From Gammaproteobacteria bacterium (GTDB taxonomy: Bacteria > Pseudomonadota > Gammaproteobacteria > UBA9214): a DNA stretch of 62,571 nucleotides. The stretch spans positions 1-62,571 of the forward strand of contig JBATIF010000240.1 in the NCBI GenBank assembly GCA_049667605.1, in the 5' to 3' direction. The notes under the pieces are model-generated. The model saw nothing but the letters and a program-made list of their open reading frames with translations. It was not told the DNA's origin and did no database searches. This document shows, in pieces, positions 7,529 to 18,652 of the stretch. Positions within the stretch are counted from its first letter, which is position 1, and every line of letters starts with the position of its first letter. A program made the translations under genes and the position numbers.

Positions 7529-8122
7529 TCAGCTTTCCCTCGATTTTCTTATTTCCGCAACGTCTGCAGCGAAGGATTCGGTTGTATAACGCCAGACTCT
7601 CAGTGTCTCCGACCAGTGGTCGGGCGTTAACCCGGCCTTGATCTTGAGCTGCTGAAGAAACGCCGCCGGTTGTGGCAGTGATTCCCAGACAGCAGGTAAG
7701 AAGGTGGCCCTGGCATTGCCCTCATGCAGTACCAGGCCGTCCTGTCCGGGGCGAAGCGTATCCAGCAACGATTGTTGTGAATCAAATGTAAGCGCCTCCC
7801 TGGGCCCGAGGACTGAAATCCCGATGTTGAGTAAATCCATTTCATCGCTTTCCAGTTTCTGAAAACGCGGATCGCGGAACGCGGCTGCGAAGGCATTGGC
7901 GGCGACATCATCAACCAGGCAGCTGTGCGCCTCGAGCGAACCTATACAGCCACGCAGCGCACCGGCTTTTTTCAAGGTAACGAAGCTGGCGCGCGGTTCA
8001 TTCAGTGCCCCGGAGTATGTACCGTCGTTAATGGTTGTCGGGATGCCTGATCGTACTCCGGACTCGATCGAGTCCAGTGCCAGCAGCAACAGGCTCATGC
8101 GTTCTTCAGAGGTATACGCCAT
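7529..8122 (-). CDS. amrA: AmmeMemoRadiSam system protein A (AMMECR1 domain)
   Basis: 197 aa with the AMMECR1 hallmark RGCIGS. The start is 1 nt after the amrB stop (TAGCATG). Confidence 0.85.
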   Translation of the reverse strand: MAYTSEERMSLLLLALDSIESGVRSGIPTTINDGTYSGALNEPRASFVTLKKAGALRGCIGSLEAHSCLVDDVAANAFAAAFRDPRFQKLESDEMDLLNIGISVLGPREALTFDSQQSLLDTLRPGQDGLVLHEGNARATFLPAVWESLPQPAAFLQQLKIKAGLTPDHWSETLRVWRYTTESFAADVAEIRKSRES

Positions 8123-8123
8123 G

Positions 8124-8912
8124 CTACTGGTTGATTACATAGGTGCCGTAACCGACCACCTGGTCGCGCGGGCCGGCGGTGTCGCCCGAGTTGCGCAGGT
8201 CAATCGTCTTTGCAGCAAGTCCGTGCTGCCTGGCATAAAGCAGCAGGCCATTGACGGGATTGCGCCCGCAGGCATCATCATAGCCAATATTTTCCAGTGC
8301 CAGGTTTTCAATGGCGCGTGATGTCATGTTGTCGAGTTTTACCGCTGTCTCGTAGTCGTGGTAGTGGCTCAGGTCTGAACTGATGATGATCAGCGTCCCG
8401 GGGCTGTCCCAGAAATGCCCGATAATCTCGGACACCTCGGCAGGTGTGGCGTCCCCGACGACCAGCGGCACCAGCGTGAACTTATTCAGGGTGGCCTGCA
8501 GGAAGGGCAGGTGTACCTCCAGGCTGTGCTCCTGGCGATGCGCCTCCTCGCTGGTATGCACCTGCGGCAGGGCAAGTATTTCATCGATAGCTGCCTTGTC
8601 CACCGGTACGACACCCAGCGGCGTCCTGAAGCCGTCGGCATTTGGCACTGCCAGGCCCCTGAAAGCAACACGGTGTGCAGGTCCCAGCAGGATAACCCGG
8701 TTGATGTGATCGGCTGCCTGCTGCAAGCGGGCGTAACCGCTGGCCGCGACCGGGCCTGAATAGATATAGCCGGCATGCGGCACGATCATTGCCTTGGGGG
8801 GCGGCCCGCCTGCAGCGGACTCCGCCAGGTAGCCCTGCAGCATGGACCTTAACTGCAGCGGGTTGGCGGGGTAAAAACTGCCGGCTACTGCGGGTTCTCT
8901 GATTATTTCCAT
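8124..8912 (-). CDS. amrB: AmmeMemoRadiSam system protein B (Memo-like)
   Basis: MEIIREPAVAGSFYP... is a Memo-family N-terminus, and the protein has the HAGY and SSDLSHY motifs. The start was moved to the ATG at 8912, which is preceded by SD GAGGTG. The ORF-track start at 8954 is probably too long. Confidence 0.85.
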   Translation of the reverse strand: MEIIREPAVAGSFYPANPLQLRSMLQGYLAESAAGGPPPKAMIVPHAGYIYSGPVAASGYARLQQAADHINRVILLGPAHRVAFRGLAVPNADGFRTPLGVVPVDKAAIDEILALPQVHTSEEAHRQEHSLEVHLPFLQATLNKFTLVPLVVGDATPAEVSEIIGHFWDSPGTLIIISSDLSHYHDYETAVKLDNMTSRAIENLALENIGYDDACGRNPVNGLLLYARQHGLAAKTIDLRNSGDTAGPRDQVVGYGTYVINQ

Positions 8913-9037
8913 GGTCACCTCTTGATGAAGCGTGAACATTTTTGCGACATCCACACCCTTTAAATAGGCGCCATCGCTGGAATTTGCAAGGCATTGACAA
9001 CTGCGCCACCGGGCGGTGACAGGCCCGGTTTACACGT

Positions 9038-11239
9038 TTAGTGGTCCTGCAATTGCAGTATGACACCACCCAGTGGCGGCAGGGAGAGTGACAGCGAGCA
9101 GGGTTTGTTGTTCCAGGGCACGTCCTCGGTGCTTACCTGGCCGACGTTGCCGACATCGGAGCCGCCGTAATAATCAGAGTCCGAATTGAGCAGTTCAACA
9201 TAACGGCCGGCCACGGGTACCCCGACACGGTAGGCGTAACGCGGCACGGGTGTGAAGTTGAGCACGACGATGACGATATTGTCGCCATCGCGGCGCAGGT
9301 AGGCAAGGATCGACAGTTCCGAGGCATTGCCGTCGATCCATTCAAATCCTTCATGGCTGAAATCAAAACGGTGCATTGCAGAATAATTGCGATAGACGCG
9401 GTTCAGGTCAGTAACGAGATTCTGCATGCCGCGGTGACCTTCATAATCCAGCAGGTGCCATTCTACGCTGGTATCAAAATTCCATTCGCGTCCCTGGGCA
9501 ATCTCGCACCCCATGAACAGCAGTTTCTTGCCCGGGAAGGTAAACATGTAGGTATACAGCAGGCGCAAATTGGCAAAGCGTTGCCAGTCATCACCGGGCT
9601 GCTTGTAGAGCATGGAGCCTTTTCCATGCACAACTTCATCATGTGAAAAAGGCAGTACAAAATTTTCTGTATATGCATACAGCAAGCCGAAAGTCAGGTC
9701 ATTATGATGATATTTCCGGTGTACGGGTGAATTTTGCATATAGCGTATGGAATCATGCATCCAGCCCATGTTCCATTTCATGCTGAAGCCGAGGCCACCA
9801 TGATCAACCGGTCGACTGACACCGGGCCAGGCGGTGGATTCTTCCGCCATGATCATTGTTCCGGGATACTCGGCATGGGTAACGGTATTAAGTTCGCGCA
9901 GAAATTGCACGGCTTCAAGGTTTTCGCGACCACCGTGGATATTGGGAAGCCACTCACCGGTCTTGCGCGAGTAGTCATGATAAAGCATGGAGGCAACGGC
10001 ATCGACGCGCAGGCCATCGATATGAAATTCCTCCAGCCAGTAAATTGCGCTGGAAAGCAGGAAGTTCCTCACCTCATTACGACCAAAGTTGAAGATCAGC
10101 GTGCCCCATTCCAGGTGTTCGCCACGACGCGGATCAGCATGTTCATATAAATCCGTGCCATCGAACTCGGCCAGGGCATGCGCGTCTTTGGGGAAGTGCG
10201 CCGGTACCCAGTCCAGCAGCACGCCGATGTCGTTTTGATGGCAGTAATCAACAAAGAAACGGAAATCATCAGGTTCACCGAAGCGGCTGGTCGGTGCAAA
10301 GTAGCCGGTTGTCTGATATCCCCAGGAAGCATCCAGCGGGTGCTCGGTAACCGGCAACAGTTCGATATGCGTGAACCCGGTCTGTTTCACATGGTCGACC
10401 AGTTCAATCGCCAGGGTGCGGTAATCGAGGAAGCCGCCATGCTGGTTGCGTTTCCATGAGCCGAGATGCACTTCGTAAATAGAAATCGGGATGTGCTGCC
10501 AGTCTGAACCGGGACGCCGTTGCATCCAGCTGCTGTCCTTCCAGTGGTAAGGCCTGTTTTCCGGTATCCGCGCGGCCGTTGCAGGGCGCAGTTCGAAGTG
10601 CTGTCCGTAGGGATCGGTTTTCAGCAGGATTGTGCCATGCGGGCGGGTGCGTATCTCGTATTTGTAGGGTTGGCCGGCAGCCAGCCCGGGGATAAAAAGC
10701 TGCCAGACGCCGCCTCCGCCACTGACCCGCATCGGGTGACAGCGCCCATCCCAGTTATTGAAATCACCGACCACACTGACACGTTCTGCCGAGGGCGCCC
10801 AGACGCTGAAACGCACACCGTTGATGCCGTCGATCTGTTCCTTGTGTGCACCAAGCACACGGTAAATATGCCAGTGCCGTCCTTCTCCGAACAGGTGCAG
10901 GTCGAATTCCGACAGCTGTGCCGGGAAGCAGTACGGGTCATAGGCCACATGCTCCGTTCCGTAGCCGTCACACCAGACCAGCCGGTAATGCTCGGGAACC
11001 TCGGCGGCGGGACCATGCCACTCGAACAGGTCGGAATTGCCGATACGCTCCAGCGAGGCCCCGTTTTCAGCTATTCGCACCCAGGCAGCGCCGGGGATAA
11101 ATACCCGCACCAGGTCCTTTTCAGCGTAGCTGTGTTTACCGAGCAGGCTGAACGGGTCGTGGTGACGAGCTTCCAGCAGCCGCGTTATCTCCGGGGAATG
11201 CCCGGATAAGGGCGAATTCGCTGTATCAGAATCCTGCAT
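9038..11239 (-). CDS. glgB: 1,4-alpha-glucan branching enzyme
   Basis: 733 aa with GH13_9 motifs [27 protein letters not shown] and [10 protein letters not shown]. Confidence 0.95.
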   Translation of the reverse strand: MQDSDTANSPLSGHSPEITRLLEARHHDPFSLLGKHSYAEKDLVRVFIPGAAWVRIAENGASLERIGNSDLFEWHGPAAEVPEHYRLVWCDGYGTEHVAYDPYCFPAQLSEFDLHLFGEGRHWHIYRVLGAHKEQIDGINGVRFSVWAPSAERVSVVGDFNNWDGRCHPMRVSGGGGVWQLFIPGLAAGQPYKYEIRTRPHGTILLKTDPYGQHFELRPATAARIPENRPYHWKDSSWMQRRPGSDWQHIPISIYEVHLGSWKRNQHGGFLDYRTLAIELVDHVKQTGFTHIELLPVTEHPLDASWGYQTTGYFAPTSRFGEPDDFRFFVDYCHQNDIGVLLDWVPAHFPKDAHALAEFDGTDLYEHADPRRGEHLEWGTLIFNFGRNEVRNFLLSSAIYWLEEFHIDGLRVDAVASMLYHDYSRKTGEWLPNIHGGRENLEAVQFLRELNTVTHAEYPGTMIMAEESTAWPGVSRPVDHGGLGFSMKWNMGWMHDSIRYMQNSPVHRKYHHNDLTFGLLYAYTENFVLPFSHDEVVHGKGSMLYKQPGDDWQRFANLRLLYTYMFTFPGKKLLFMGCEIAQGREWNFDTSVEWHLLDYEGHRGMQNLVTDLNRVYRNYSAMHRFDFSHEGFEWIDGNASELSILAYLRRDGDNIVIVVLNFTPVPRYAYRVGVPVAGRYVELLNSDSDYYGGSDVGNVGQVSTEDVPWNNKPCSLSLSLPPLGGVILQLQDH

Positions 11240-11369
11240 AAATTTTTTGTCCCTGTGTGTCGCAGCCGGATTTCCGGGCCAAGGCCCCGCATTGCGAGGT
11301 AACTATACAGTCAATGGACTTGCCCATACAATAACGGCCTTGCCTGAAACCGTTGCACAGGATGGATTA

Positions 11370-12638
11370 ATGCCACTCATTCATGACATGCGCTTTGTCA
11401 GCCGCATTACCCGCAATACGCTGGCGCTGATTCTTGCCGGCGGACGCGGTTCGCGCCTGCAGCAGTTGACGCTCTGGCGGGCCAAGCCCGCGGTGCCCTT
11501 CGGGGGGAAATTCCGGATTATTGATTTCCCGTTATCAAACTGCGTGAATTCCGGCATTCGAATGATCGGGGTACTGACACAATACAAGGCGCATTCGCTG
11601 ATCCAGCACATCCAGCAAGGCTGGAGTTTTTTGCGCGGAGAATTCAAGGAGTTCGTTGAGCTGCTGCCGGCCCAGCAACGCATACAGGATTCCTGGTATG
11701 CCGGAACGGCCGATGCGGTCTACCAGAACCTCGACATCATCCGCACCCACAAGCCTGACTATGTATTGATACTGGCCGGCGATCATGTTTACAAGATGGA
11801 CTACGGGAACATGATTGCCAGGCACGTGGAATCGAAAGCGGACATGACGGTCAGTTGCATCGAGGTACCGCTGGAAACCGCCAAGGCATTCGGTGTCATG
11901 TCGGTCGATGAAGAAGGCCGGGTTTTAAGCTTCAAGGAGAAACCGGAACAGCCGGATCCAATTCCCGGTCAGCCGGACATTGCGCTGGCATCGATGGGTA
12001 TTTATGTTTTCAATACGTCCTTTCTCTATGAACAGTTGATCAGGGACGCCGACGAAACCTATTCCACCCATGACTTCGGCAAGGATATTATTCCGCGCCT
12101 TGTAGAGAAGTACCGGGTTATGACATATCCGTTCAGGGATACCCATGACACGCAAACCGCCTACTGGCGTGATGTGGGTACCATCGATTCCTTCTGGGCT
12201 GCCAACCTCGAGCTGATCGGGGTTCTGCCGGAACTGAACCTGTATGATGAAACCTGGCCAATCTGGACATACCAGGAGCAATTACCCCCCGCCAAGTTTA
12301 TTTTTGACGATGAAAAGCGGCGCGGCATGGCTATCGATTCAATGGTCTCCGGCGGTTGCGTCATCTCCGGTGCAACGGTGCGCCACTCCCTTCTGTTTTC
12401 CAATGTCAGGGTGAATTCCTACTCGCAACTGAAGGACGTGGTTGCATTGCCAAATGTGCGCATCGGACGTGACTGCCATATTAGCCGGGCGATCATTGAC
12501 AAGGGCTGTGTGCTGCCTGCCGGTACAGTCATCGGCGAAGACAGCGAAGCAGATGCGCAGCGGTTTTATGTCAGTCCAGACGGCATCGTACTGGTGACGC
12601 CCGAGATGCTGGACCAGGAACTTCACCATGTCAGGTAG
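11370..12638 (+). CDS. glgC: Glucose-1-phosphate adenylyltransferase
   Basis: [12 protein letters not shown]...[20 protein letters not shown] plus a left-handed beta-helix C-terminus. The ATG at 11370 (MPLIHDMRF...) was chosen. The ORF-track start at 11247 is a TTG only 8 nt from the divergent glgB start. Confidence 0.93.
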   Translation: MPLIHDMRFVSRITRNTLALILAGGRGSRLQQLTLWRAKPAVPFGGKFRIIDFPLSNCVNSGIRMIGVLTQYKAHSLIQHIQQGWSFLRGEFKEFVELLPAQQRIQDSWYAGTADAVYQNLDIIRTHKPDYVLILAGDHVYKMDYGNMIARHVESKADMTVSCIEVPLETAKAFGVMSVDEEGRVLSFKEKPEQPDPIPGQPDIALASMGIYVFNTSFLYEQLIRDADETYSTHDFGKDIIPRLVEKYRVMTYPFRDTHDTQTAYWRDVGTIDSFWAANLELIGVLPELNLYDETWPIWTYQEQLPPAKFIFDDEKRRGMAIDSMVSGGCVISGATVRHSLLFSNVRVNSYSQLKDVVALPNVRIGRDCHISRAIIDKGCVLPAGTVIGEDSEADAQRFYVSPDGIVLVTPEMLDQELHHVR

Positions 12639-14334
12639 GCAGCCGCTGGACATCGTTATCTGCTGGCATATGCACCAGCCGCAATATTGTGACCAGATCA
12701 GCGGTATCTATCAGCTGCCGTGGTCCTATCTGCATGCCACCAAGGACTACATTGACATGGCGGCCCATCTCGAAGCAGTGCCTGATGCCCGGGCGGTGGT
12801 CAATTTTGCCCCTATACTGCTGGAGCAGTTGTCAGACTACGCCGGGCAGATCAATGGCTTCCTCTCTGAAAACAAGTCGATCCGTGACCCGTTACTGAGC
12901 GCCCTGGCATGCCCGGTTTTGCCCAGTGGGAATAATCACAGAATGGGGCTGGTCAGTGCCTGCCTCAGGGCAAATGAGCGGCATTCCATTCAGCGCTTCT
13001 CGAACTACAAGAGCCTTGCCGAAATGGCTGGCTGGTTCAGCAATCATCCTAGCGGCATGCTCTATGTCGGCGATCAGTTCATTATCGACCTGCTGGTCTG
13101 GTACCACCTCGCCTGGATGGGGGAAACGGTGCGCCGCAATAACGCCCTGGTGGGGACGCTGATGGAAAAAGGTAATGGATTCACCATCCATGATCGCCGT
13201 CAGCTGGTGAAACTGATCGGGGAGCTGCTTTCCAGCGTCATTGACGGTTACAGGAGGCTGGTTGAGCGTCGCCAGGTAGAACTGTCCATATCACCCTATG
13301 CACATCCCATCATCCCCCTGATGCTGGATCTCGAGACGGCGCGTGAAGCAATGCCGGATGTATCCATGCCCCACCTGCAGGCATATCCCGGCGGTGAAGA
13401 GCGCGCCCGCTGGCACATCGAAGAGGGTATCGCCACCTTCGAGGAATATTTCGGGTTCCGTCCGGCCGGCTGCTGGCCCTCGGAGGGCAGTGTCAGCAAG
13501 GCAACCCTGGCATTGCTGGAAGAATACGGGTTTGCGTGGACGGCCAGCGGTGAATCCGTTTTTCGGCACAGCATGGCCAACAAGGCCAATGCCTCCCTGA
13601 AGAAATCCAGCCTGTACCAGGCATTTCGAATGGACGATGGCAACATAGCCTGTTTTTTCCGCGATGATGGTCTTTCCGATCTCATCGGCTTTACCTATTC
13701 CGACTGGCATGCCGATGATGCCGTCGCCAACCTGATCCAGCATCTTGATAATATTGCCAGGAGCACCAGCGGACCGGAGCGGCCGCTGGTTTCGATAATT
13801 CTTGATGGTGAAAATGCCTGGGAACATTTTCCGGAAAACGGGTATTATTTTTTGAACGCGCTCTACACAAGACTGTCCGAGCACCCTGATCTGAATATGA
13901 CGACTTATTCCGAATATCTCGAAAAAAAACAAAAGCTGCCGGCCATCAGGAAACTGGTTAGCGGCAGCTGGGTATACGGCACCTTTTCAACATGGATTGG
14001 CGATCCGGACAAGAACCGTGGCTGGGAGATGCTGGGCGACGCCAAGCAGACCTTCGACCAGGTAATGTCCACGGGCAGCCTGAATAGCGAACAGACACTG
14101 GCTGCCCAGCTCCAGTTATCGATTTGTGAAGGCTCCGACTGGTTCTGGTGGTTCGGCGACTATAATTCTGCGGATACGGTCAGTGACTTTGAGCGGCTGT
14201 TCCGCCTGCACCTGTCCAACCTGTACAACCTCCTGGGCAAGGAGCCACCGGAATATCTGAGCCATGTTTTTGCCCACGGCAGCGGTTCACCGGTTGAGGG
14301 CGGGGCAATGCGCAAGGGTCAGTTCACAGGTTGA
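12628..14334 (+). CDS. Glycoside hydrolase family 57 protein (alpha-glucan-active)
   Basis: GH57 signature regions are present: [18 protein letters not shown] (nucleophile Glu region) and [11 protein letters not shown] (acid/base Asp region). The gene overlaps the glgC stop by 11 nt. Confidence 0.85.
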   Translation: MSGRQPLDIVICWHMHQPQYCDQISGIYQLPWSYLHATKDYIDMAAHLEAVPDARAVVNFAPILLEQLSDYAGQINGFLSENKSIRDPLLSALACPVLPSGNNHRMGLVSACLRANERHSIQRFSNYKSLAEMAGWFSNHPSGMLYVGDQFIIDLLVWYHLAWMGETVRRNNALVGTLMEKGNGFTIHDRRQLVKLIGELLSSVIDGYRRLVERRQVELSISPYAHPIIPLMLDLETAREAMPDVSMPHLQAYPGGEERARWHIEEGIATFEEYFGFRPAGCWPSEGSVSKATLALLEEYGFAWTASGESVFRHSMANKANASLKKSSLYQAFRMDDGNIACFFRDDGLSDLIGFTYSDWHADDAVANLIQHLDNIARSTSGPERPLVSIILDGENAWEHFPENGYYFLNALYTRLSEHPDLNMTTYSEYLEKKQKLPAIRKLVSGSWVYGTFSTWIGDPDKNRGWEMLGDAKQTFDQVMSTGSLNSEQTLAAQLQLSICEGSDWFWWFGDYNSADTVSDFERLFRLHLSNLYNLLGKEPPEYLSHVFAHGSGSPVEGGAMRKGQFTG

Positions 14335-15841
14335 TGCGGACAGACCGGCTTGGCACCACTTGCATAAATATCTGACAGAACGGCGTGCCGGGGTGCTGCT
14401 GCACCCGTCATCATTGCCGGGGGCGCATGACCCCGGAGGCTCCGGAAATGAAGCGCACCGCTTTATCGATTTTCTGGATAAGTCCGGTTTCAGCGTCTGG
14501 CAGACGCTGCCGCTTGGGCCGACCCACGAGGATTCTTCCCCTTATCAGTGCCTGTCTGTGCACGCCGGCAATAGCAGCTTCATTAACCTGGATGACCTGG
14601 CAGCGCGCGGCTGGCTGAAGCCATCGATGCGCCACACGCGCTCCCTGCAGGACTGCCTGATCGAAGCTCATTCTAAATTTATAAAAGTAGCCCAAGCAAC
14701 AGAAAAACAAGATTATATTGAATTCAAAAATACCCATGGCTACTGGTTGTCTGACTATTCCCTCTACCAGGCAATCCGGCACACGCGACAGCATGCTTCG
14801 TGGTTTGAATGGGAGCCGGCACTGCGCGACAGGCAGCCACGGGCGTTGCGCGGTTTCGGCAAACGCCATGCCGACCTGGTTGAGCAAGCCTGTTTTGAAC
14901 AATACCTGTTTTTTTCGCAATGGTGTGATTTGCGTGCGCATGCGAATGAGCGCGGTGTCCTGCTGTTCGGGGATATGCCGATTTATGTTGCCCATGACAG
15001 TGCAGATGTCTGGGCCAATCGTGACCTGTTTACGATAGACGGAGCCGGCGCACTGGATGTGGTTGCCGGTGTGCCACCGGATTATTTCTCAGAGACAGGT
15101 CAGCGCTGGGGCAATCCTTTATACCGCTGGGATGTGCTCAAGCAGAATAATTATGGCTGGTGGGTGGACCGGTTTCGTACCCAGCTGGAACTGTTCGATG
15201 TTATTCGCCTGGACCATTTTCGTGGTTTTGAAAAGTATTGGGAAATCCCTGCAGCGTCGGAGACGGCGATTAACGGGCGCTGGATGGATGGCCCGGGGGC
15301 AGACCTGTTCAGGGCGCTTGAGAAGGAATTCGGTGAGCTGCCGCTGGTGGCGGAAGATCTTGGTGTTATCACTCCAGAGGTGGATGCATTGCGCCTGCAG
15401 TTTGGATTTCCGGGAATGAAGATTCTGCAATTTGCTTTTGAAAGCGGGCCGGATAACCCTTATCTGCCGAAAAATCATGAACCCCTGTCAGTGGTCTACA
15501 CGGGCACGCATGATAACGATACGACGCTCGGATGGTACGAGCATTGCAGCCGTGAAGTACAGCAGCTTGTACATGAATACCTGGATAGCAGCGACGACGA
15601 TATGCCGTGGCCTTTGATCAGAGCGGCGCTGCAGTCAGCCGCCATTCTTGCAATCATCCCGATGCAGGACCTGTTGGCGCTGGGCAGTGAACACCGCATG
15701 AATACGCCGGGCAGCCTCGGCGGCAACTGGCACTGGCAGTTTGACTGGGAACAGGTCCCGGATACGCTTCCCGACGACCTGCGTGCACTGCTCACGCAGG
15801 CTGGCCGGGTGGCAGCCGGGAGCCGTGCTATAGCCAGATAA
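14264..15841 (+). CDS. malQ: 4-alpha-glucanotransferase (amylomaltase, GH77)
   Basis: RRAGVLLHPSSLPG, GDMPIYVAHDSADVW and VVYTGTHDNDT are present. The start is uncertain. The ATG at 14264 overlaps GH57 by 71 nt, and an in-frame TTG near 14363 is an alternative. Confidence 0.9.
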   Translation: MFLPTAAVHRLRAGQCARVSSQVDADRPAWHHLHKYLTERRAGVLLHPSSLPGAHDPGGSGNEAHRFIDFLDKSGFSVWQTLPLGPTHEDSSPYQCLSVHAGNSSFINLDDLAARGWLKPSMRHTRSLQDCLIEAHSKFIKVAQATEKQDYIEFKNTHGYWLSDYSLYQAIRHTRQHASWFEWEPALRDRQPRALRGFGKRHADLVEQACFEQYLFFSQWCDLRAHANERGVLLFGDMPIYVAHDSADVWANRDLFTIDGAGALDVVAGVPPDYFSETGQRWGNPLYRWDVLKQNNYGWWVDRFRTQLELFDVIRLDHFRGFEKYWEIPAASETAINGRWMDGPGADLFRALEKEFGELPLVAEDLGVITPEVDALRLQFGFPGMKILQFAFESGPDNPYLPKNHEPLSVVYTGTHDNDTTLGWYEHCSREVQQLVHEYLDSSDDDMPWPLIRAALQSAAILAIIPMQDLLALGSEHRMNTPGSLGGNWHWQFDWEQVPDTLPDDLRALLTQAGRVAAGSRAIAR

Positions 15842-18386
15842 TGCGGCCCGTTTCGAAGCGGTGACTCAACAAGGGGTGGTTCGGGTAGAGACGTAGCTTG
15901 TAGAATTGCAGGCCTGTCAGCGGTGGCTCCAGGTTCAGCTCAAACAACGACTCGCCTTGCTCGTTGCTGCCGCTGCTATGCAATTGAATCTTGTCATGGA
16001 CGATGAATTTTTCGTGCGCGGATTCCGTGCCGACCAGGCATTCCAGTGTTACGTCAGCAGGCGTCAACTCTCCGAGACTTGCCGCCACCGCCAGGCTGAG
16101 ACTTTCACCGGTTTTCAGGGAGTCGCCTGATTTGTCTATGCGGCGCAGTTTTACCGATTCCCAGGTGCGGTTGATCCGGGCCTTCCATTTCGATAGTTCC
16201 TGCGCGCCGCTGAAGTTGTTTTCAAGCAGGCGTTTGTGATGATGGCTTGCCGGACCATAGCTGTTGGTGATGTAGTCCCTGACCATTCTTTGTGCGTTGA
16301 AGTTCGGAATGATCGATTTCATGGAGGCCTTGGACATTTTTACCCAGTCTTCCGAGTAACCCTGGCCGTTGCGGTCGTAGTACTGCGGGATCACCCTGTT
16401 TTCCAGCAAGTCGAGTAACTCGGTGGCTTCTTCATGATTGCGGTAGCCCACGTCGAAGTGAGGTTCATGCGGGGCAATGGCCCAGCCGTTTTCGCCGTTA
16501 TACCCTTCAGCCCACCAGCCATCGAGGACACTGAGGTTGATAACGCCGTTCATCGCCGCCTTTTGTCCGGATGTGCCACTGGCCTCGAGGGGATATTCCG
16601 GCGTGTTCAGCCAGACGTCCACACCGGCATACAGTTTGCGTCCCAGCGCCAGGTCATAGCCTTCCAGCAACAGGATATGCCCGATAAATTCCGGTTTCAG
16701 GGAAAACTCGTGAATGGTGCGTATCAGTTCCTGTCCCGGTAGATCGCTGGGGTGGGCCTTGCCGGCAAAGATCAGCAGTACCGGCCGTTGCGGGTCTGTC
16801 AGCAGGCGGCTGAGTCGTTGCGGGTCGGAGAACAGCAGGGTTGCACGTTTATAGGTAGCGAACCTGCGGGCAAAGCCAAGCGTCAGAATGTCACTCTTTC
16901 CGTGCGCCAGATTCCTTGTCAATTTTTCCATCAATGCTTCGCTGCAGCCATTGCGACGATATTGCAGCAGGGCGCGGTGCAATACATTTGCAAACAACTC
17001 GGTTTTCAATGACTGACGCAGGCTCCAGTAGCTATGATCGGGTATTTCTTCTATGCATTCCCAGTATTCCCGGTTCAGCAATTCATCACGCCAGGCACGG
17101 CCAAAGTTCATGTCATATAAATTTGACCATTCACGCGCAAGAAAGGTTTGCAGGTGTACGCCATTGGTGACATAGCTGATGGGGTTTTCATCGTGAGGCA
17201 CCTCGGGCCAGATATAGTGCTCCATTTGCGAGGCCACACCTCCATGGATCCGGCTGACACCGTTATGAAAGCGGGATCCGCGCAGTGCGAATGCCGTCTG
17301 GTTAAAGCCGCCGTGGGTATCGGGTGTGGCGCCGAGTGCGAGAAACTGCTGCATATCGATACCCAGTTCGTTTATATATTCGCGGAAGTAGCTGGAGACC
17401 AGGCCGTGCTCAAAGATGTCATGACCGGCAGCAACGGGTGTGTGTGTAGTGAACACTGTTCCGGAGGCAATGAGTTCCAGTGCCTGCGTGAAGTTAAGGC
17501 CTTTCAGGACACATTCGCGGCAGCGCTCCAGGATCTGGAAAGCGGAATGGCCTTCATTGATGTGCCACACGGTTGGTTCTATTCCCAAAACGCGTAATGC
17601 TCGTACACCACCGATGCCAAGCACGATTTCCTGCTGGATGCGCGTGGTCTTGTCACCACCGTATAGTTGGTGGGTAATGATGCGATCGTGTTCCTGGTTT
17701 TTTTCCAGGTCACTGTCCAGCAGGTACAGTTTTATGTGGCCTGCGCGTGCTTCCCAGACGTGCAGGAAGACCTTTCGACCCGGAAAATCAATTGTAATCA
17801 CCAGCGGCTTGCCGTCCTTGTCGACGCACTGGGTGACCGGTAACTGGTGAAAGTCAGACGGGGTGTAGTGCGATATCTGGTTGCCGTGTTCATCAATTCT
17901 CTGGATGAAATAACCCTGGCGGTAAAGAATGCCAACGGCAATAAACGGGATGCACAGGTCGCTGGCAGCCTTGCAATGGTCACCGGCAAGTATTCCCAGT
18001 CCGCCGGAATAAATCGGCAGGCTTTCATGAAAACCGAATTCGGCACAGAAATAGGCGATCAGGTCCGTATCGGGACTGATATGTGTCTCAAGCCCTGTGT
18101 GCATGGATTGTTGATGATAGGTGTCATAAGCGGACAGCACGCGCTGATAGTCTTCCATGAAGACCCGGTCACCGACGGCAGCTTCGAGCCGTTGTTGCGA
18201 TATCCGCCGTAAGAATGTTTTCGGGTTGTGGCCACAGCTTCCCCAGAGATCCCTGTCAAGCCGTGTGAACAGCCGCCTGACTTGCCGGTCCCAGCTGTAA
18301 AATAGATCGTTGGAAAGTTCCTCGAGACGTTTTAACGGTTCGGGGATAATGGGCTGGACTTCAAGTACAAAACGGGTGCCTGGCAT
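15828..18386 (-). CDS. glgP: Alpha-glucan phosphorylase (GT35, GlgP family)
   Basis: 852 aa with the PLP-Lys region IFAGKAHPSD and EASGTSGQKAAMNG. It converges on malQ with a 14-nt overlap. Confidence 0.9.
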   Translation of the reverse strand: MPGTRFVLEVQPIIPEPLKRLEELSNDLFYSWDRQVRRLFTRLDRDLWGSCGHNPKTFLRRISQQRLEAAVGDRVFMEDYQRVLSAYDTYHQQSMHTGLETHISPDTDLIAYFCAEFGFHESLPIYSGGLGILAGDHCKAASDLCIPFIAVGILYRQGYFIQRIDEHGNQISHYTPSDFHQLPVTQCVDKDGKPLVITIDFPGRKVFLHVWEARAGHIKLYLLDSDLEKNQEHDRIITHQLYGGDKTTRIQQEIVLGIGGVRALRVLGIEPTVWHINEGHSAFQILERCRECVLKGLNFTQALELIASGTVFTTHTPVAAGHDIFEHGLVSSYFREYINELGIDMQQFLALGATPDTHGGFNQTAFALRGSRFHNGVSRIHGGVASQMEHYIWPEVPHDENPISYVTNGVHLQTFLAREWSNLYDMNFGRAWRDELLNREYWECIEEIPDHSYWSLRQSLKTELFANVLHRALLQYRRNGCSEALMEKLTRNLAHGKSDILTLGFARRFATYKRATLLFSDPQRLSRLLTDPQRPVLLIFAGKAHPSDLPGQELIRTIHEFSLKPEFIGHILLLEGYDLALGRKLYAGVDVWLNTPEYPLEASGTSGQKAAMNGVINLSVLDGWWAEGYNGENGWAIAPHEPHFDVGYRNHEEATELLDLLENRVIPQYYDRNGQGYSEDWVKMSKASMKSIIPNFNAQRMVRDYITNSYGPASHHHKRLLENNFSGAQELSKWKARINRTWESVKLRRIDKSGDSLKTGESLSLAVAASLGELTPADVTLECLVGTESAHEKFIVHDKIQLHSSGSNEQGESLFELNLEPPLTGLQFYKLRLYPNHPLLSHRFETGRIIWL

Positions 18387-18476
18387 GTATAAACCTTCTA
18401 GCTTTTAGGGCAGGGGGGTTTACTCGATTCGGGGCCATCAGCTCTGGCCCTGCGCGTTGTAAAACCCTTTTCCTGA

Positions 18477-18562
18477 TGGTGCCGAGGGCGAGAATCGAAC
18501 TCGCACGACCAAAGGCCACCTGATTTTGAGTCAGGCGCGTCTACCAATTCCGCCACCCCGGC
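18477..18562 (-). tRNA. tRNA-Leu(CAA)
   Basis: Reverse complement reads GCCGGGGTGGCGGAATTGGTAGACGCGCCTGACTCAAAATCAGGTGGCCTTTGGTCGTGCGAGTTCGATTCTCGCCCTCGGCACCA. It has a long variable arm, anticodon loop CTCAAAA and an encoded CCA. Confidence 0.9.
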
Positions 18563-18652
18563 AATCAGAACCTCACTAGTATAAAGATTCCGCGCTACCG
18601 GGCAAGCAGTCTCGCGGAGTGTTACCCGGGGCTTGTGCTAACATCACGCGCA

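Noticed and set aside
11247-11369. 41-codon N-terminal extension of glgC from a TTG start
   Set aside because: It would start 8 nt from the divergent glgB start, leaving no promoter space. GlgC homology begins at the ATG at 11370.
14351-14363. TGGCAC...TTGC motif near the malQ start
   Set aside because: The spacing is GG-N8-GC instead of GG-N10-GC, and it lies inside coding sequence.
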